Source: Acidimicrobiales bacterium (GTDB taxonomy: Bacteria > Actinomycetota > Acidimicrobiia > Acidimicrobiales > RAAP-2). From it: a DNA stretch of 64,000 nt. Positions 1-8,429 of the stretch are shown here, in pieces. The stretch covers positions 12,441-76,440 of the forward strand of contig DATCEX010000008.1 in NCBI GenBank assembly GCA_036509795.1, written 5' to 3'. Under the pieces are notes generated by a model. It was not told the origin of the DNA. It did no database searches and saw only the letters and a list, made by a program, of their open reading frames with translations. Positions within the stretch are counted from its first letter, which is position 1. The number at the start of each line of letters is the position of its first letter. Made by a program: the position numbers and the translations under genes.

Positions 1-428
1 CTTCGACGACGGCCACGTTGTCGTTTCGTATTCCCCCCAACGTCGATGCCACGCGTGCGCGCGCTGCCGTCGAGCGGGCATTGACCACCGACGTCCCGTC
101 GCGCGCGCACGTGAGCGTTCGCTCGCACGCCGCCGATGGTTGGTTCACCCCTCCCCTACAACCTTGGCTGTCGCGAGCGCTGGATGATGCGTCGCTGAGT
201 GCCTTTGACCGACCCGCCAGTTACACCGGTGAGGGGGGAACGATTCCCTTTCTGTCCTCCCTCGGCCAGCGCTACCCCGGCGTCCAATTCGTCGCCACCG
301 GGGTCCTCGGGCCCGACTCCAACGCCCACGGTATCGACGAGATGCTCGACCTCCCGAGTGCGGTCGCGGTCACCAATGCCGTCAGCGTGGTGCTCAACGC
401 TTTCAGTGAAAGGAATGCAACGCCGTGA
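1..428 (+). CDS. M20-family metallopeptidase/dipeptidase, C-terminal part (5' end outside window)
   Basis: The reading frame is open from the window edge (codon phase starts at nt 3). The C-terminal motifs GEGGTIPF and GPDSNAHGIDE are typical of M20 dipeptidase-like hydrolases. Confidence 0.55.
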   Translation, partial: STTATLSFRIPPNVDATRARAAVERALTTDVPSRAHVSVRSHAADGWFTPPLQPWLSRALDDASLSAFDRPASYTGEGGTIPFLSSLGQRYPGVQFVATGVLGPDSNAHGIDEMLDLPSAVAVTNAVSVVLNAFSERNATP

Positions 429-1030
429 TGCAACAAGTGGATCTTTGGGTCGACCCCATCTGCCCCTGGGCGTGGATCACCTCACGCTGGCTACTCGAGA
501 CCACTACGGTGCGCGACGTCGATCTGCGTTTTCACACCATGAGTCTCGCCGTCCTCAACGACGGACGCGAGATGCCCGACGATTACGTGGAGATGATGAA
601 ACAGGCGTGGGGCCCGGTGCGCGTAATGATCGCGATTGAGCAAAGGTACGGCAGCGAGCAGTTGCAGGCCTTTTACAGCGCATTCGGTCAGCGTTACCAC
701 GTCGCAGGACAACGCGACAGTCTCGTGGCGACGGCGCAGGCGGCGCTCAACGACGTCGGGTTGGACGCCGATTTGATTGACGCCGCGACGAATAGCGACT
801 TCGACGACGACCTGCGAAAGAGTCACTTCGCCGGCATGGATCCGGTGGGTTTTGACGTCGGCACACCCGTGGTCCACGTCGGCGACGTCGCTTTTTTTGG
901 TCCCGTCGTGACACCCTCACCCAAAGGTGAGCTCGCGGGCACGTTGTTTGACGGCGTCGTTGCCGTCGCCAGCATCCCTGGATTTTATGAACTCAAGCGC
1001 ACCCGAAGCGAGGAGCCGTCGTTTCAATGA
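425..1030 (+). CDS. DsbA-like thioredoxin-fold protein
   Basis: 201-aa ORF with the N-terminal motif DPICPWAW, a CxxC-type position with the second Cys replaced by Ala. The GTGATG start overlaps the upstream stop. Confidence 0.55.
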   Translation: MMQQVDLWVDPICPWAWITSRWLLETTTVRDVDLRFHTMSLAVLNDGREMPDDYVEMMKQAWGPVRVMIAIEQRYGSEQLQAFYSAFGQRYHVAGQRDSLVATAQAALNDVGLDADLIDAATNSDFDDDLRKSHFAGMDPVGFDVGTPVVHVGDVAFFGPVVTPSPKGELAGTLFDGVVAVASIPGFYELKRTRSEEPSFQ

Positions 1031-1148
1031 CCACGCGTGATACCTGTCGCGATGCCCCCACCAAGGTGTCGGCATCGGGCGCGCTAGGGCAAGCGCAATT
1101 CAGTGCACCGACGAGTTATCTTCCTCGCGCGTGGAAGTGAAGTAGTTC

Positions 1149-1883
1149 GTGGTGACGCCGCGGATCTTGGCGACCTCCGGTGGCTTCGTCGCCGGACCGG
1201 TGCACAACAGCGCACGACTCGGCGCGATGCTCCTCGACGCACTCGTTCTCACGGGCGCCACGCGTCCGCGGGTGTGTCTGGTTCTCACTGCATCGGGTGA
1301 CGACGCCGGATACTATGCCCAGTCCTACGAGGCCTTCAACGCGGCAGGGTGTGACGTCACCGAACTGAAACTCTTTCCCCAGCCCTCCGCCGGGCCCGAC
1401 GAGCGACTCATGAGCAGCGACCTCGTCTGGGTCGGCGGCGGATCCGTGGCGAATCTCCTCGTCCTGTGGCATCTGCACGGTGTCGACTCGGCCATGCGTG
1501 AGGCCTGGGAGGCGGGGGTCATTCTCGGTGGAGTGTCGGCCGGCAGTGTGTGTTGGCACGTCGGGGGTACGACTGATTCCTACGGGCCCACGCTGCGGGC
1601 GGTCACCGACGGACTCGCCCTCCTGCCCTATGCCAATGGTGTGCACTACGATTCCGAATCTCAGCGACGCCCGTTGCTCCAACAACTCGTCGGCGATCAC
1701 TCTCTGCCCGCGATGGCCTACGCCACCGACGACCATGTCGGTATCTGGTACGAAGGAGTCAACGCCACGCGGGTGGTCGCCGACACTGACGTCTCGCCTT
1801 CGCAAGGTCCCGGCGCGTACGTCGTGACTCGTGACGGAGACACTGTCGTCGAACGGCGTGTCGAAGTGGGTCAGAGCTTTTAG
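1149..1883 (+). CDS. Peptidase S51 / peptidase E-like (class I GATase-like fold)
   Basis: 244-aa ORF. The GGGSVANLL motif and the GVSAGS nucleophile elbow are typical of S51 dipeptidase E / cyanophycinase-like proteins. Confidence 0.6.
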   Translation: MVTPRILATSGGFVAGPVHNSARLGAMLLDALVLTGATRPRVCLVLTASGDDAGYYAQSYEAFNAAGCDVTELKLFPQPSAGPDERLMSSDLVWVGGGSVANLLVLWHLHGVDSAMREAWEAGVILGGVSAGSVCWHVGGTTDSYGPTLRAVTDGLALLPYANGVHYDSESQRRPLLQQLVGDHSLPAMAYATDDHVGIWYEGVNATRVVADTDVSPSQGPGAYVVTRDGDTVVERRVEVGQSF

Positions 1884-2557
1884 CGTGCCGCCGCGGGTTC
1901 GGGCAGTGACCGGCGAATAGATTCACTCACCGATACCAGTTCCTCCGCGCGTTCCACCGCGACCGACGACCCGCACGTCGTCAGCCAATTGGCGAGCAAC
2001 CGGTAACCGTGCTGCGTGAGCACCGATTCGGGGTGAAACTGCACGCCCTCGAGGGGTTTGCTCACGTGACGCATGCCCATGATCAGTCCGCCGCTGGTCG
2101 CGGTGACCTCAAAGCACTCGGGTAACGTCGTTGGCTCCACCACTAAGGAGTGATACCTCCCGGCGATCATCGGAGAAGGGAGACCCGCGAACACCCCCGT
2201 CGAATCGTGTTCGACCACACTCGAGCGACCGTGAAGCAACTCCGGGGCTGACACGATGTCCGCGCCAAAGGCCTCGCCGAGCGCCTGGTGGCCGAGACAG
2301 ATCCCCAGCATGGGGAGGTTCGTCTCGCCGCAGAAGCGAATAATGTCGAGGCAATTGCCGGCGCTGCGCGGGTGACCCGGTCCCGGCGAGACCAGAACAC
2401 CGTCGTGGTCCCCCCGGGCAAGTTCGGGGGCGTCGATCCTGTCGTTGCGAACCACGTTGGCGGTGGCGCCCAACTCGCCGACGTACTGCACCAAGTTGTA
2501 GACGAAGGAATCGTAGTTATCTATGACCAACAAGTGCGGTACTCGCGACATAGCCAC
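1880..2557 (-). CDS. trpG: Anthranilate (or aminodeoxychorismate) synthase glutamine amidotransferase component II
   Basis: 225 aa with the class I GATase triad motifs LGICLGHQALG and VQFHPESV. It is divergent from trpE. Confidence 0.8.
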   Translation of the reverse strand: MAMSRVPHLLVIDNYDSFVYNLVQYVGELGATANVVRNDRIDAPELARGDHDGVLVSPGPGHPRSAGNCLDIIRFCGETNLPMLGICLGHQALGEAFGADIVSAPELLHGRSSVVEHDSTGVFAGLPSPMIAGRYHSLVVEPTTLPECFEVTATSGGLIMGMRHVSKPLEGVQFHPESVLTQHGYRLLANWLTTCGSSVAVERAEELVSVSESIRRSLPEPAAAR

Positions 2558-2590
2558 ATTCTACGTCGTGGGCCTTACTAACCTAACAAC

Positions 2591-4126
2591 GTGGCGCTTA
2601 CTTTTTCTGAATTTGAATCCCTGGCGCGCGAGGGATTCAACACGATTGCGCTGACCGAGACCCTCCAGCTCGACCGTGACACCCCGGTGTCGATCTATCA
2701 GCGTTTCGCCGACGGGCGCGCCTTTTGTCTGCTCGAGAGTGCGGCCCTGGGCGACGACACGGGACGCTACTCCTTCATTGGGCTCGACCGCCTATGGCGC
2801 TTGCACGCGTACGCCGACGCCGTCGTACTCGAAGGTCGCGACGACGCGGTCAATCCTCGAGGAGCGCTCGCTACCCTGCGCGACATCCTGGCCACCTACC
2901 GCACGCACGCCCCCGTAGACCTCCCGGCGTTCTTCGGCGGAGCGGTGGGATTAGTCACCTACGACTACGTGCGACAGTTGGAGAGTCTTCCGCGACCCGA
3001 CGAGCCAACTCCGTGGCCCGACGTTGACTTCTCCTTTCCCGCCAGTGTCTTGATCTGTGACCACCTGAGCCACTCCACGACGGTCGTCGTGCTAGCGGGC
3101 GTCAGTGACGACGCTTCCGCGGCCTTCGAGGAAGCGACGACGCGACTGGACTCCATCGTGAGCACCTTGCTCGCCCCCGCTCCCGCGAGTGATCCGCGAA
3201 TCGAACGACTGGTGGCGACCGCCCCCACCGAACGTGCCCGTATCGACGTTCGGGCCCTTGCGGTGACTCTGTCGAACTTCACACTCGAGGAGTACTCCGA
3301 CGTCGTCGTACGCGCCCGTGACTACATCTACGCGGGCGACGTCTTCCAGGTCGTCCCCTCCCAGCAATTTGCGCGGCCTACCGACGTCAGTCCACTCACG
3401 TTGTATCGGGTCTTGCGCGCACTCAACCCGTCGCCCTACATGTATCTGGTCGACACCGGCGAGAGTCAAATCGTCGGCGCCTCGCCCGAAATGCTCGTTC
3501 GCGTCGATGGCGACGAGGTCACGACGCGACCCATCGCCGGGACGCGACCGCGCGGCGCGACCGTCGCCGCCGACGCGGCGCTCGAGGCAGAGATACTGAG
3601 CGACGAAAAGGAAATTGCCGAACACGTGATGCTAGTGGACCTCGGACGAAACGACGTCGGACGCGTCTCACGGCCCGGAACCGTTCGCGTGGAGCGTCTG
3701 GCGCACGTGGAGCGCTTCAGCCATCTCATGCACCTGGTCTCACAGGTGACGGGGCGACTTCGCGAGGGACTCGACGCCTTCGACGCCTTCGACGCCCTGT
3801 TCCCGGCGGGCACGTTAAGTGGTGCCCCCAAAGTACGGGCGATGCAGATCATTGACGAATTTGAGCCGGTTCGTCGCGGTCCCTACGGCGGGGCCCTCGG
3901 TTATTTCTCGTTGCGCGGCGACGCCGATTTCGCCATCACGATTCGCACCGTCTCACTTCGCGGCGGTGTCGCGACCATCCAGGCCGGCGGTGGCGTCGTC
4001 GCCGACTCCAAGCCAGAGTTCGAATACCAAGAGTGCATTTCGAAGGCGTCGGCACCTCTGCTCGCTCTCGAGATCGTCGACCCGATCGCACGACACCGCA
4101 CGTCGCGTTCCACCGACGAGGCGTGA
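2591..4126 (+). CDS. trpE: Anthranilate synthase component I
   Basis: 511 aa with the motifs CLLESA, TRPIAGTRPRG (Ala rather than the Lys of PabB) and GPYGGALGYF. GTG start. Confidence 0.85.
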   Translation: MALTFSEFESLAREGFNTIALTETLQLDRDTPVSIYQRFADGRAFCLLESAALGDDTGRYSFIGLDRLWRLHAYADAVVLEGRDDAVNPRGALATLRDILATYRTHAPVDLPAFFGGAVGLVTYDYVRQLESLPRPDEPTPWPDVDFSFPASVLICDHLSHSTTVVVLAGVSDDASAAFEEATTRLDSIVSTLLAPAPASDPRIERLVATAPTERARIDVRALAVTLSNFTLEEYSDVVVRARDYIYAGDVFQVVPSQQFARPTDVSPLTLYRVLRALNPSPYMYLVDTGESQIVGASPEMLVRVDGDEVTTRPIAGTRPRGATVAADAALEAEILSDEKEIAEHVMLVDLGRNDVGRVSRPGTVRVERLAHVERFSHLMHLVSQVTGRLREGLDAFDAFDALFPAGTLSGAPKVRAMQIIDEFEPVRRGPYGGALGYFSLRGDADFAITIRTVSLRGGVATIQAGGGVVADSKPEFEYQECISKASAPLLALEIVDPIARHRTSRSTDEA

Positions 4127-4167
4127 CGCGAGGCGCACACCTCGTCCCGCGCCGATGAGGAACCACG

Positions 4168-6258
4168 GTGGGTAATACGCGCGAGGCCTTTAGCGGAGCC
4201 TTCAAGGTCAATGTACGATCACTCGCGCCGGTGACCGGTCTCGTCACGGCCATCCCGATGGTGGCCGTCTTCGCGATTGGCCTCGCACTGCACAATCCTC
4301 GCGGTGCCATCACGATGGCAATCGGAGCGAACTTCGTGGCCATCGTGTCACTCGTGGGAGCTCCGAAATTGCCGCTACGTATTGCCCTGCTCGACGCCGT
4401 CGGGCTGGGACTGTCGGTCGTGGCCGGCACGATGACCGGATCGACGCCGTGGTTACACACTGCGTTGTTGATTCCCTGGTGCTTCGTGGCCGGCATGGCT
4501 GTCCTCTACGGACAGACCCAAGCAGTTCTCGGATCCCAGGCGATCGTCGCGTACGTCGTTCTAGGTCGCTTTTCGGGTTCGGCCCTCACCGCAGTGCACC
4601 TGGGGCTTCTGGTGACGCTGGGAGCGGTGGTGGAAGTCGGTGCACTATTGGTCCTTCGACTCCCCCCGTCACTTCGCTACCAACGCACGACGGTATCGAC
4701 CGCACTCGCCAACCTGGCCACGTACGCCACGTCACCCGCGCAAGAGTCAGCCTTCAGCGTTCTCGCCAGTATTGATGCGGCCCAGCGGGTCCTCTCGCCC
4801 GCGACGCTCTTTGGTCGTACTGACAACCGTGACCTGCGCTCGATCGTGGACCAGGCTCGACGGGCGCGGCTCGACTTCACGACGCTGGCCGGACTTCGTG
4901 CGCGACTCGCACAACGCGATCTCACCTTGCTCGACGACGTCGCCGACGCACTGGCGCAAGTCGCGCGTGGCGTGAGCGAACTGTCGCTAGCGGTTCGTCA
5001 TCCTGGTGGTCCGAACCGCTGGCGTGATTATTCGACCGAGTTACGGCGACTCATTGATCACTTAGAGTTACGTGTGTCCGCTGGCCACTTCAGCGTCGAC
5101 GTCGAGACACTCATGTCCCAAGTGTTGGCCCACCTTGAAGCTCTCGGTGGACAATTGCGCGCCATCGGCCACCTAGTCGAACGCGAGAGTTCTCACGCCG
5201 TACACGGAGCGTGGCGATTGGACGTGCGCTGGGGCGGGCTCGATCCGTCACGACTCCATGACAACGTCGCATTGTTTCGCGACAACCTGCGTCGCGACTC
5301 CACCGCGTTTCGCCACGCGATACGCCTGGTGGCGGCCGTCCTCCTCGCCACGGCGGCGGCCCACGTGTTCAATCTCCCCCGCGGGTACTGGGTCGCCTTC
5401 TCCGTCGCAGTGATTCTCAAACCCGATTACAGCACCCTGTTGCGTCGTGGCGTCGGTCGCGTGATCGGCACGGCGCTCGGCGCCTCTCTGGCCGCCGTGG
5501 TCGTGAGTGAACTGCACCCGTCCTACGTGTTCACGACCGTGCTGATCGCCATCGTCGCGATTGCGGCGTATACGGCGTGGTCTGCGAGCTTCTCGGTGGC
5601 CATTGGGCTCGTCACTTCGCTTGTCTTGATCATGCTGTCGGTCAGCGCCACGAACTCCGTGGGGACTGCCCTCGACCGCTTGATCGACGTCGTCTTGGGG
5701 GCGGCGATCGCGACGGCCACGTACCTCGTGTGGCCTTCGTCACCCGCACACGACGTGCGCAACGCCGAGGCGTCCATGTTCGGCGCCCTTGCTCGTTACG
5801 TCGATGACGTGATTCGGGTCTGTTTTGGCGATCCCGTCGACCCGGTGAATGTCTCCGCCCACTCTCGCGAAGCTCACTTTCGTTACGCCACTGCCGAGGC
5901 GGCGGTAGGTCGGTCCCTCGAGGAACCGGCGTCGACGAGGGTCAATGCGGAGGTCGAGCGGGGTTTGCTCACGAGCGGCCTTCGCATTTTGCGCGCAACA
6001 CACGCACTACGTTTCGAAGCCGAGCGGGGCACGACGTCGATGACGTCGACGGCAATTGAGGAATTGCGTCACGCCTTGGTGTCGGCACTCGATCACTTGG
6101 ACGACTCACAACCCACTCTCGACGCCGCGTCGACACGAGCGGCGTATCGCGCGGCGTCGGGCGACCTCACCGGTCCTGGCGCTCCCGCGTCGATCGCGCT
6201 GAATCTCGACGAACTCGTCAACGCCACCGACACTGCGTCGCACCTGATCGCGATCTAG
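4168..6258 (+). CDS. FUSC-family integral membrane protein (aromatic acid exporter-like)
   Basis: 696 aa. Two multi-TM blocks are separated by and followed by long helical soluble segments, which is the FUSC/ArAE-type architecture. Confidence 0.5.
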   Translation: MGNTREAFSGAFKVNVRSLAPVTGLVTAIPMVAVFAIGLALHNPRGAITMAIGANFVAIVSLVGAPKLPLRIALLDAVGLGLSVVAGTMTGSTPWLHTALLIPWCFVAGMAVLYGQTQAVLGSQAIVAYVVLGRFSGSALTAVHLGLLVTLGAVVEVGALLVLRLPPSLRYQRTTVSTALANLATYATSPAQESAFSVLASIDAAQRVLSPATLFGRTDNRDLRSIVDQARRARLDFTTLAGLRARLAQRDLTLLDDVADALAQVARGVSELSLAVRHPGGPNRWRDYSTELRRLIDHLELRVSAGHFSVDVETLMSQVLAHLEALGGQLRAIGHLVERESSHAVHGAWRLDVRWGGLDPSRLHDNVALFRDNLRRDSTAFRHAIRLVAAVLLATAAAHVFNLPRGYWVAFSVAVILKPDYSTLLRRGVGRVIGTALGASLAAVVVSELHPSYVFTTVLIAIVAIAAYTAWSASFSVAIGLVTSLVLIMLSVSATNSVGTALDRLIDVVLGAAIATATYLVWPSSPAHDVRNAEASMFGALARYVDDVIRVCFGDPVDPVNVSAHSREAHFRYATAEAAVGRSLEEPASTRVNAEVERGLLTSGLRILRATHALRFEAERGTTSMTSTAIEELRHALVSALDHLDDSQPTLDAASTRAAYRAASGDLTGPGAPASIALNLDELVNATDTASHLIAI

Positions 6259-6300
6259 CTCGACCGAGGAGTCACGCCCAGACGTGCCTCTCGAGCGAAG

Positions 6301-8019
6301 TTGCCCGCGCACGTTAGAACGAGAGTAAGAATGTGGGGAAGGGCGTGTGGCAAAAGCGAGACATCCTTCGCGGACTCGGGGGTGCGCGTGATTTATCGCA
6401 GCGGTCGTTCACAGTGGCACGACGCTTATGAAGAGTCACCAGCGGCGCGTTCTCACGCTACCACCCAATCCGGCGTTGACCTCGATCCCGTCTACGGTCC
6501 CGACGACGCGGAGTTTCCCGGGGTGTACCCCTACACTCGTGGCATCCACCCGGCGATGTACCGCTCCAAACTCTGGACGATGCGCATGTTCGCAGGGTTC
6601 GGCACCGCCCCAGAGACCAACCAGCGCTTTCGCGACATCATCTCGTCGGGGGGTACCGGTATTTCCACCGCTTACGACATGCCCACGTTGCTCGGGCTCG
6701 ACTCCGACGACCCTCGCGCGCTCGGCGAGGTCGGACGATGCGGCGTCGCGATCGACACCCTCGATGACGTCCGGGACCTCTACGAGGGGATCGATCTTAG
6801 TGCGACCACCACGTCTATGACCATCAATGCGCCGGCGGCGCCGATCTTCGCCATGTTCGTCGCCAATGCCGAAGCGCACGGGGTTGCGCGCCATCTCCTC
6901 GGCGGCACCCTGCAGAATGACATTTTGAAGGAGTATCAGGCCCAACACGAGTACGTCTTTCCCCCGCGTGCGTCGCTTCGACTGGTGCGCGACACCATGG
7001 TGTTCGCCACTCAGGAGATGCCGCGTTGGCACCCGCTCTCGGTGTCGGGTTATCACATCCGCGAGGCCGGATCGACCGCCGCCCAAGAGGTCGCCTTCAC
7101 GCTCGCCAACGGATTCGCCTACGTCGAATTGGCGCGACGCGCCGGATTGGCCCTGGACAGTTTTGCCCCGAAATTGTCATTCTTCTTCAACGCGCACATC
7201 GATTTTTTCGAAGAAGTCGCCAAGTACCGCTGCGCGCGACGCTTGTGGGCGACGTGGATGCGCGACTTCTACGGTGCTCTCGACGAACGCTCGTGGCAAC
7301 TGCGGTTTCACGCTCAGACCGCAGGTGTGTCACTCACGGCCCAACAACCCGACAACAACCACGCGCGCACGGCAATCGAGGCGCTCGCCGCCGTCATGGG
7401 TGGAGCCCAGTCACTGCACACCAATTCCTTTGACGAAGCGTGGACTCTCCCCTCGTCAGACGCGGCGCGCGTGGCGCTGCGGACCCAGCAGGTGATCGCC
7501 CACGAGACCAACGTGACGCGAGTCGCCGATCCTCTCGGGGGTAGTTGGTTCGTGGAGAGTCTTACCGACCAGTTACAACGCGAGGTGGGCACGTTACTCG
7601 AAGAGATTCTCGAAATCGGCGGCGGTTCCATGCTCGAGGGCTGTCTCATTGGAATCGACAACGGATGGTTCGAGGGGCACATCGCCGATTCGGCCTACGT
7701 CCATGAACGCGCGGTCCAAAGCGGCGAGCGCATCGTGGTGGGCGTCAACGCCTTCACCGAAATCGAAAGTTCGTCGCGACTCAACCAGGCCGAGGGTGAC
7801 GGCGAATCGCGTCAGCGTGAACGACTGGCGCGCGTTCGCCGCTCTCGAAGTGACGAGGCGGTGCGCGAGTCCCTCACTACGTTGCGTACCGACGCTCTCG
7901 AATGCGACACGAATCTGATGGAGGCGCTGATGGGCACCGCGCGGGCGCACGCCACGTTGGGAGAGATCATGAACACGTTGGCCGACGTGTTCGGGCGATA
8001 TCAGGCACCCGAACGATGA
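6301..8019 (+). CDS. icmA: Acyl-CoA mutase large subunit, isobutyryl-CoA-mutase-like
   Basis: 572-aa ORF; the true start may be the ATG at 6331. Motifs YPYTRG, WTMRMFAGFG, GISTAYDMPTLLG and GTLQNDILKEYQAQHEYVFPP are present. Phe and Gln occupy the positions of MCM Tyr89 and Arg207. Confidence 0.7.
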   Translation: MPAHVRTRVRMWGRACGKSETSFADSGVRVIYRSGRSQWHDAYEESPAARSHATTQSGVDLDPVYGPDDAEFPGVYPYTRGIHPAMYRSKLWTMRMFAGFGTAPETNQRFRDIISSGGTGISTAYDMPTLLGLDSDDPRALGEVGRCGVAIDTLDDVRDLYEGIDLSATTTSMTINAPAAPIFAMFVANAEAHGVARHLLGGTLQNDILKEYQAQHEYVFPPRASLRLVRDTMVFATQEMPRWHPLSVSGYHIREAGSTAAQEVAFTLANGFAYVELARRAGLALDSFAPKLSFFFNAHIDFFEEVAKYRCARRLWATWMRDFYGALDERSWQLRFHAQTAGVSLTAQQPDNNHARTAIEALAAVMGGAQSLHTNSFDEAWTLPSSDAARVALRTQQVIAHETNVTRVADPLGGSWFVESLTDQLQREVGTLLEEILEIGGGSMLEGCLIGIDNGWFEGHIADSAYVHERAVQSGERIVVGVNAFTEIESSSRLNQAEGDGESRQRERLARVRRSRSDEAVRESLTTLRTDALECDTNLMEALMGTARAHATLGEIMNTLADVFGRYQAPER

Positions 8020-8411
8020 CCCTGCGAGTCCTCGTCGCCAAGGTCGGTCTCGATGGGCACGACCGTGGCGTCAACGTCATCACCCGGCTGTTGCGCGACG
8101 CCGGTATCGAGGTGATCTACACCGGGTTATTCCAGTCCCCCGACGCCGTCGCACGTTCGGCGGTGGACGAGGACGTGGACGTGGTGGGTTTGTCGATCCT
8201 TTCCGGCGCCCACCAGACACTGGCCCCCCTCGTCGTCGCTGCACTACGCCATCTTGGATCCGACGTCCCGGTGGTCGTGGGGGGCATCATCCCCGCCAAT
8301 GATGTAGCACCACTCATCGCGAGCGGCGTCGCCGCCACGTTCGGTCCTGGTTCGTCCATTGAAGAGATCGTCACGACGCTCGAATGCCTGCACGAGTCGA
8401 CATCGCCCTAG
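8016..8411 (+). CDS. icmB: Acyl-CoA mutase small subunit, cobalamin-binding domain
   Basis: The ATG at 8016 overlaps the icmA stop (ATGA). It carries the DxHxxG B12-binding motif (GLDGHDRGVNV) and a Rossmann-like B12-binding fold sequence. Confidence 0.75.
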   Translation: MTLRVLVAKVGLDGHDRGVNVITRLLRDAGIEVIYTGLFQSPDAVARSAVDEDVDVVGLSILSGAHQTLAPLVVAALRHLGSDVPVVVGGIIPANDVAPLIASGVAATFGPGSSIEEIVTTLECLHESTSP

Positions 8412-8429
8412 GCCTACTCCAACGGGCTA

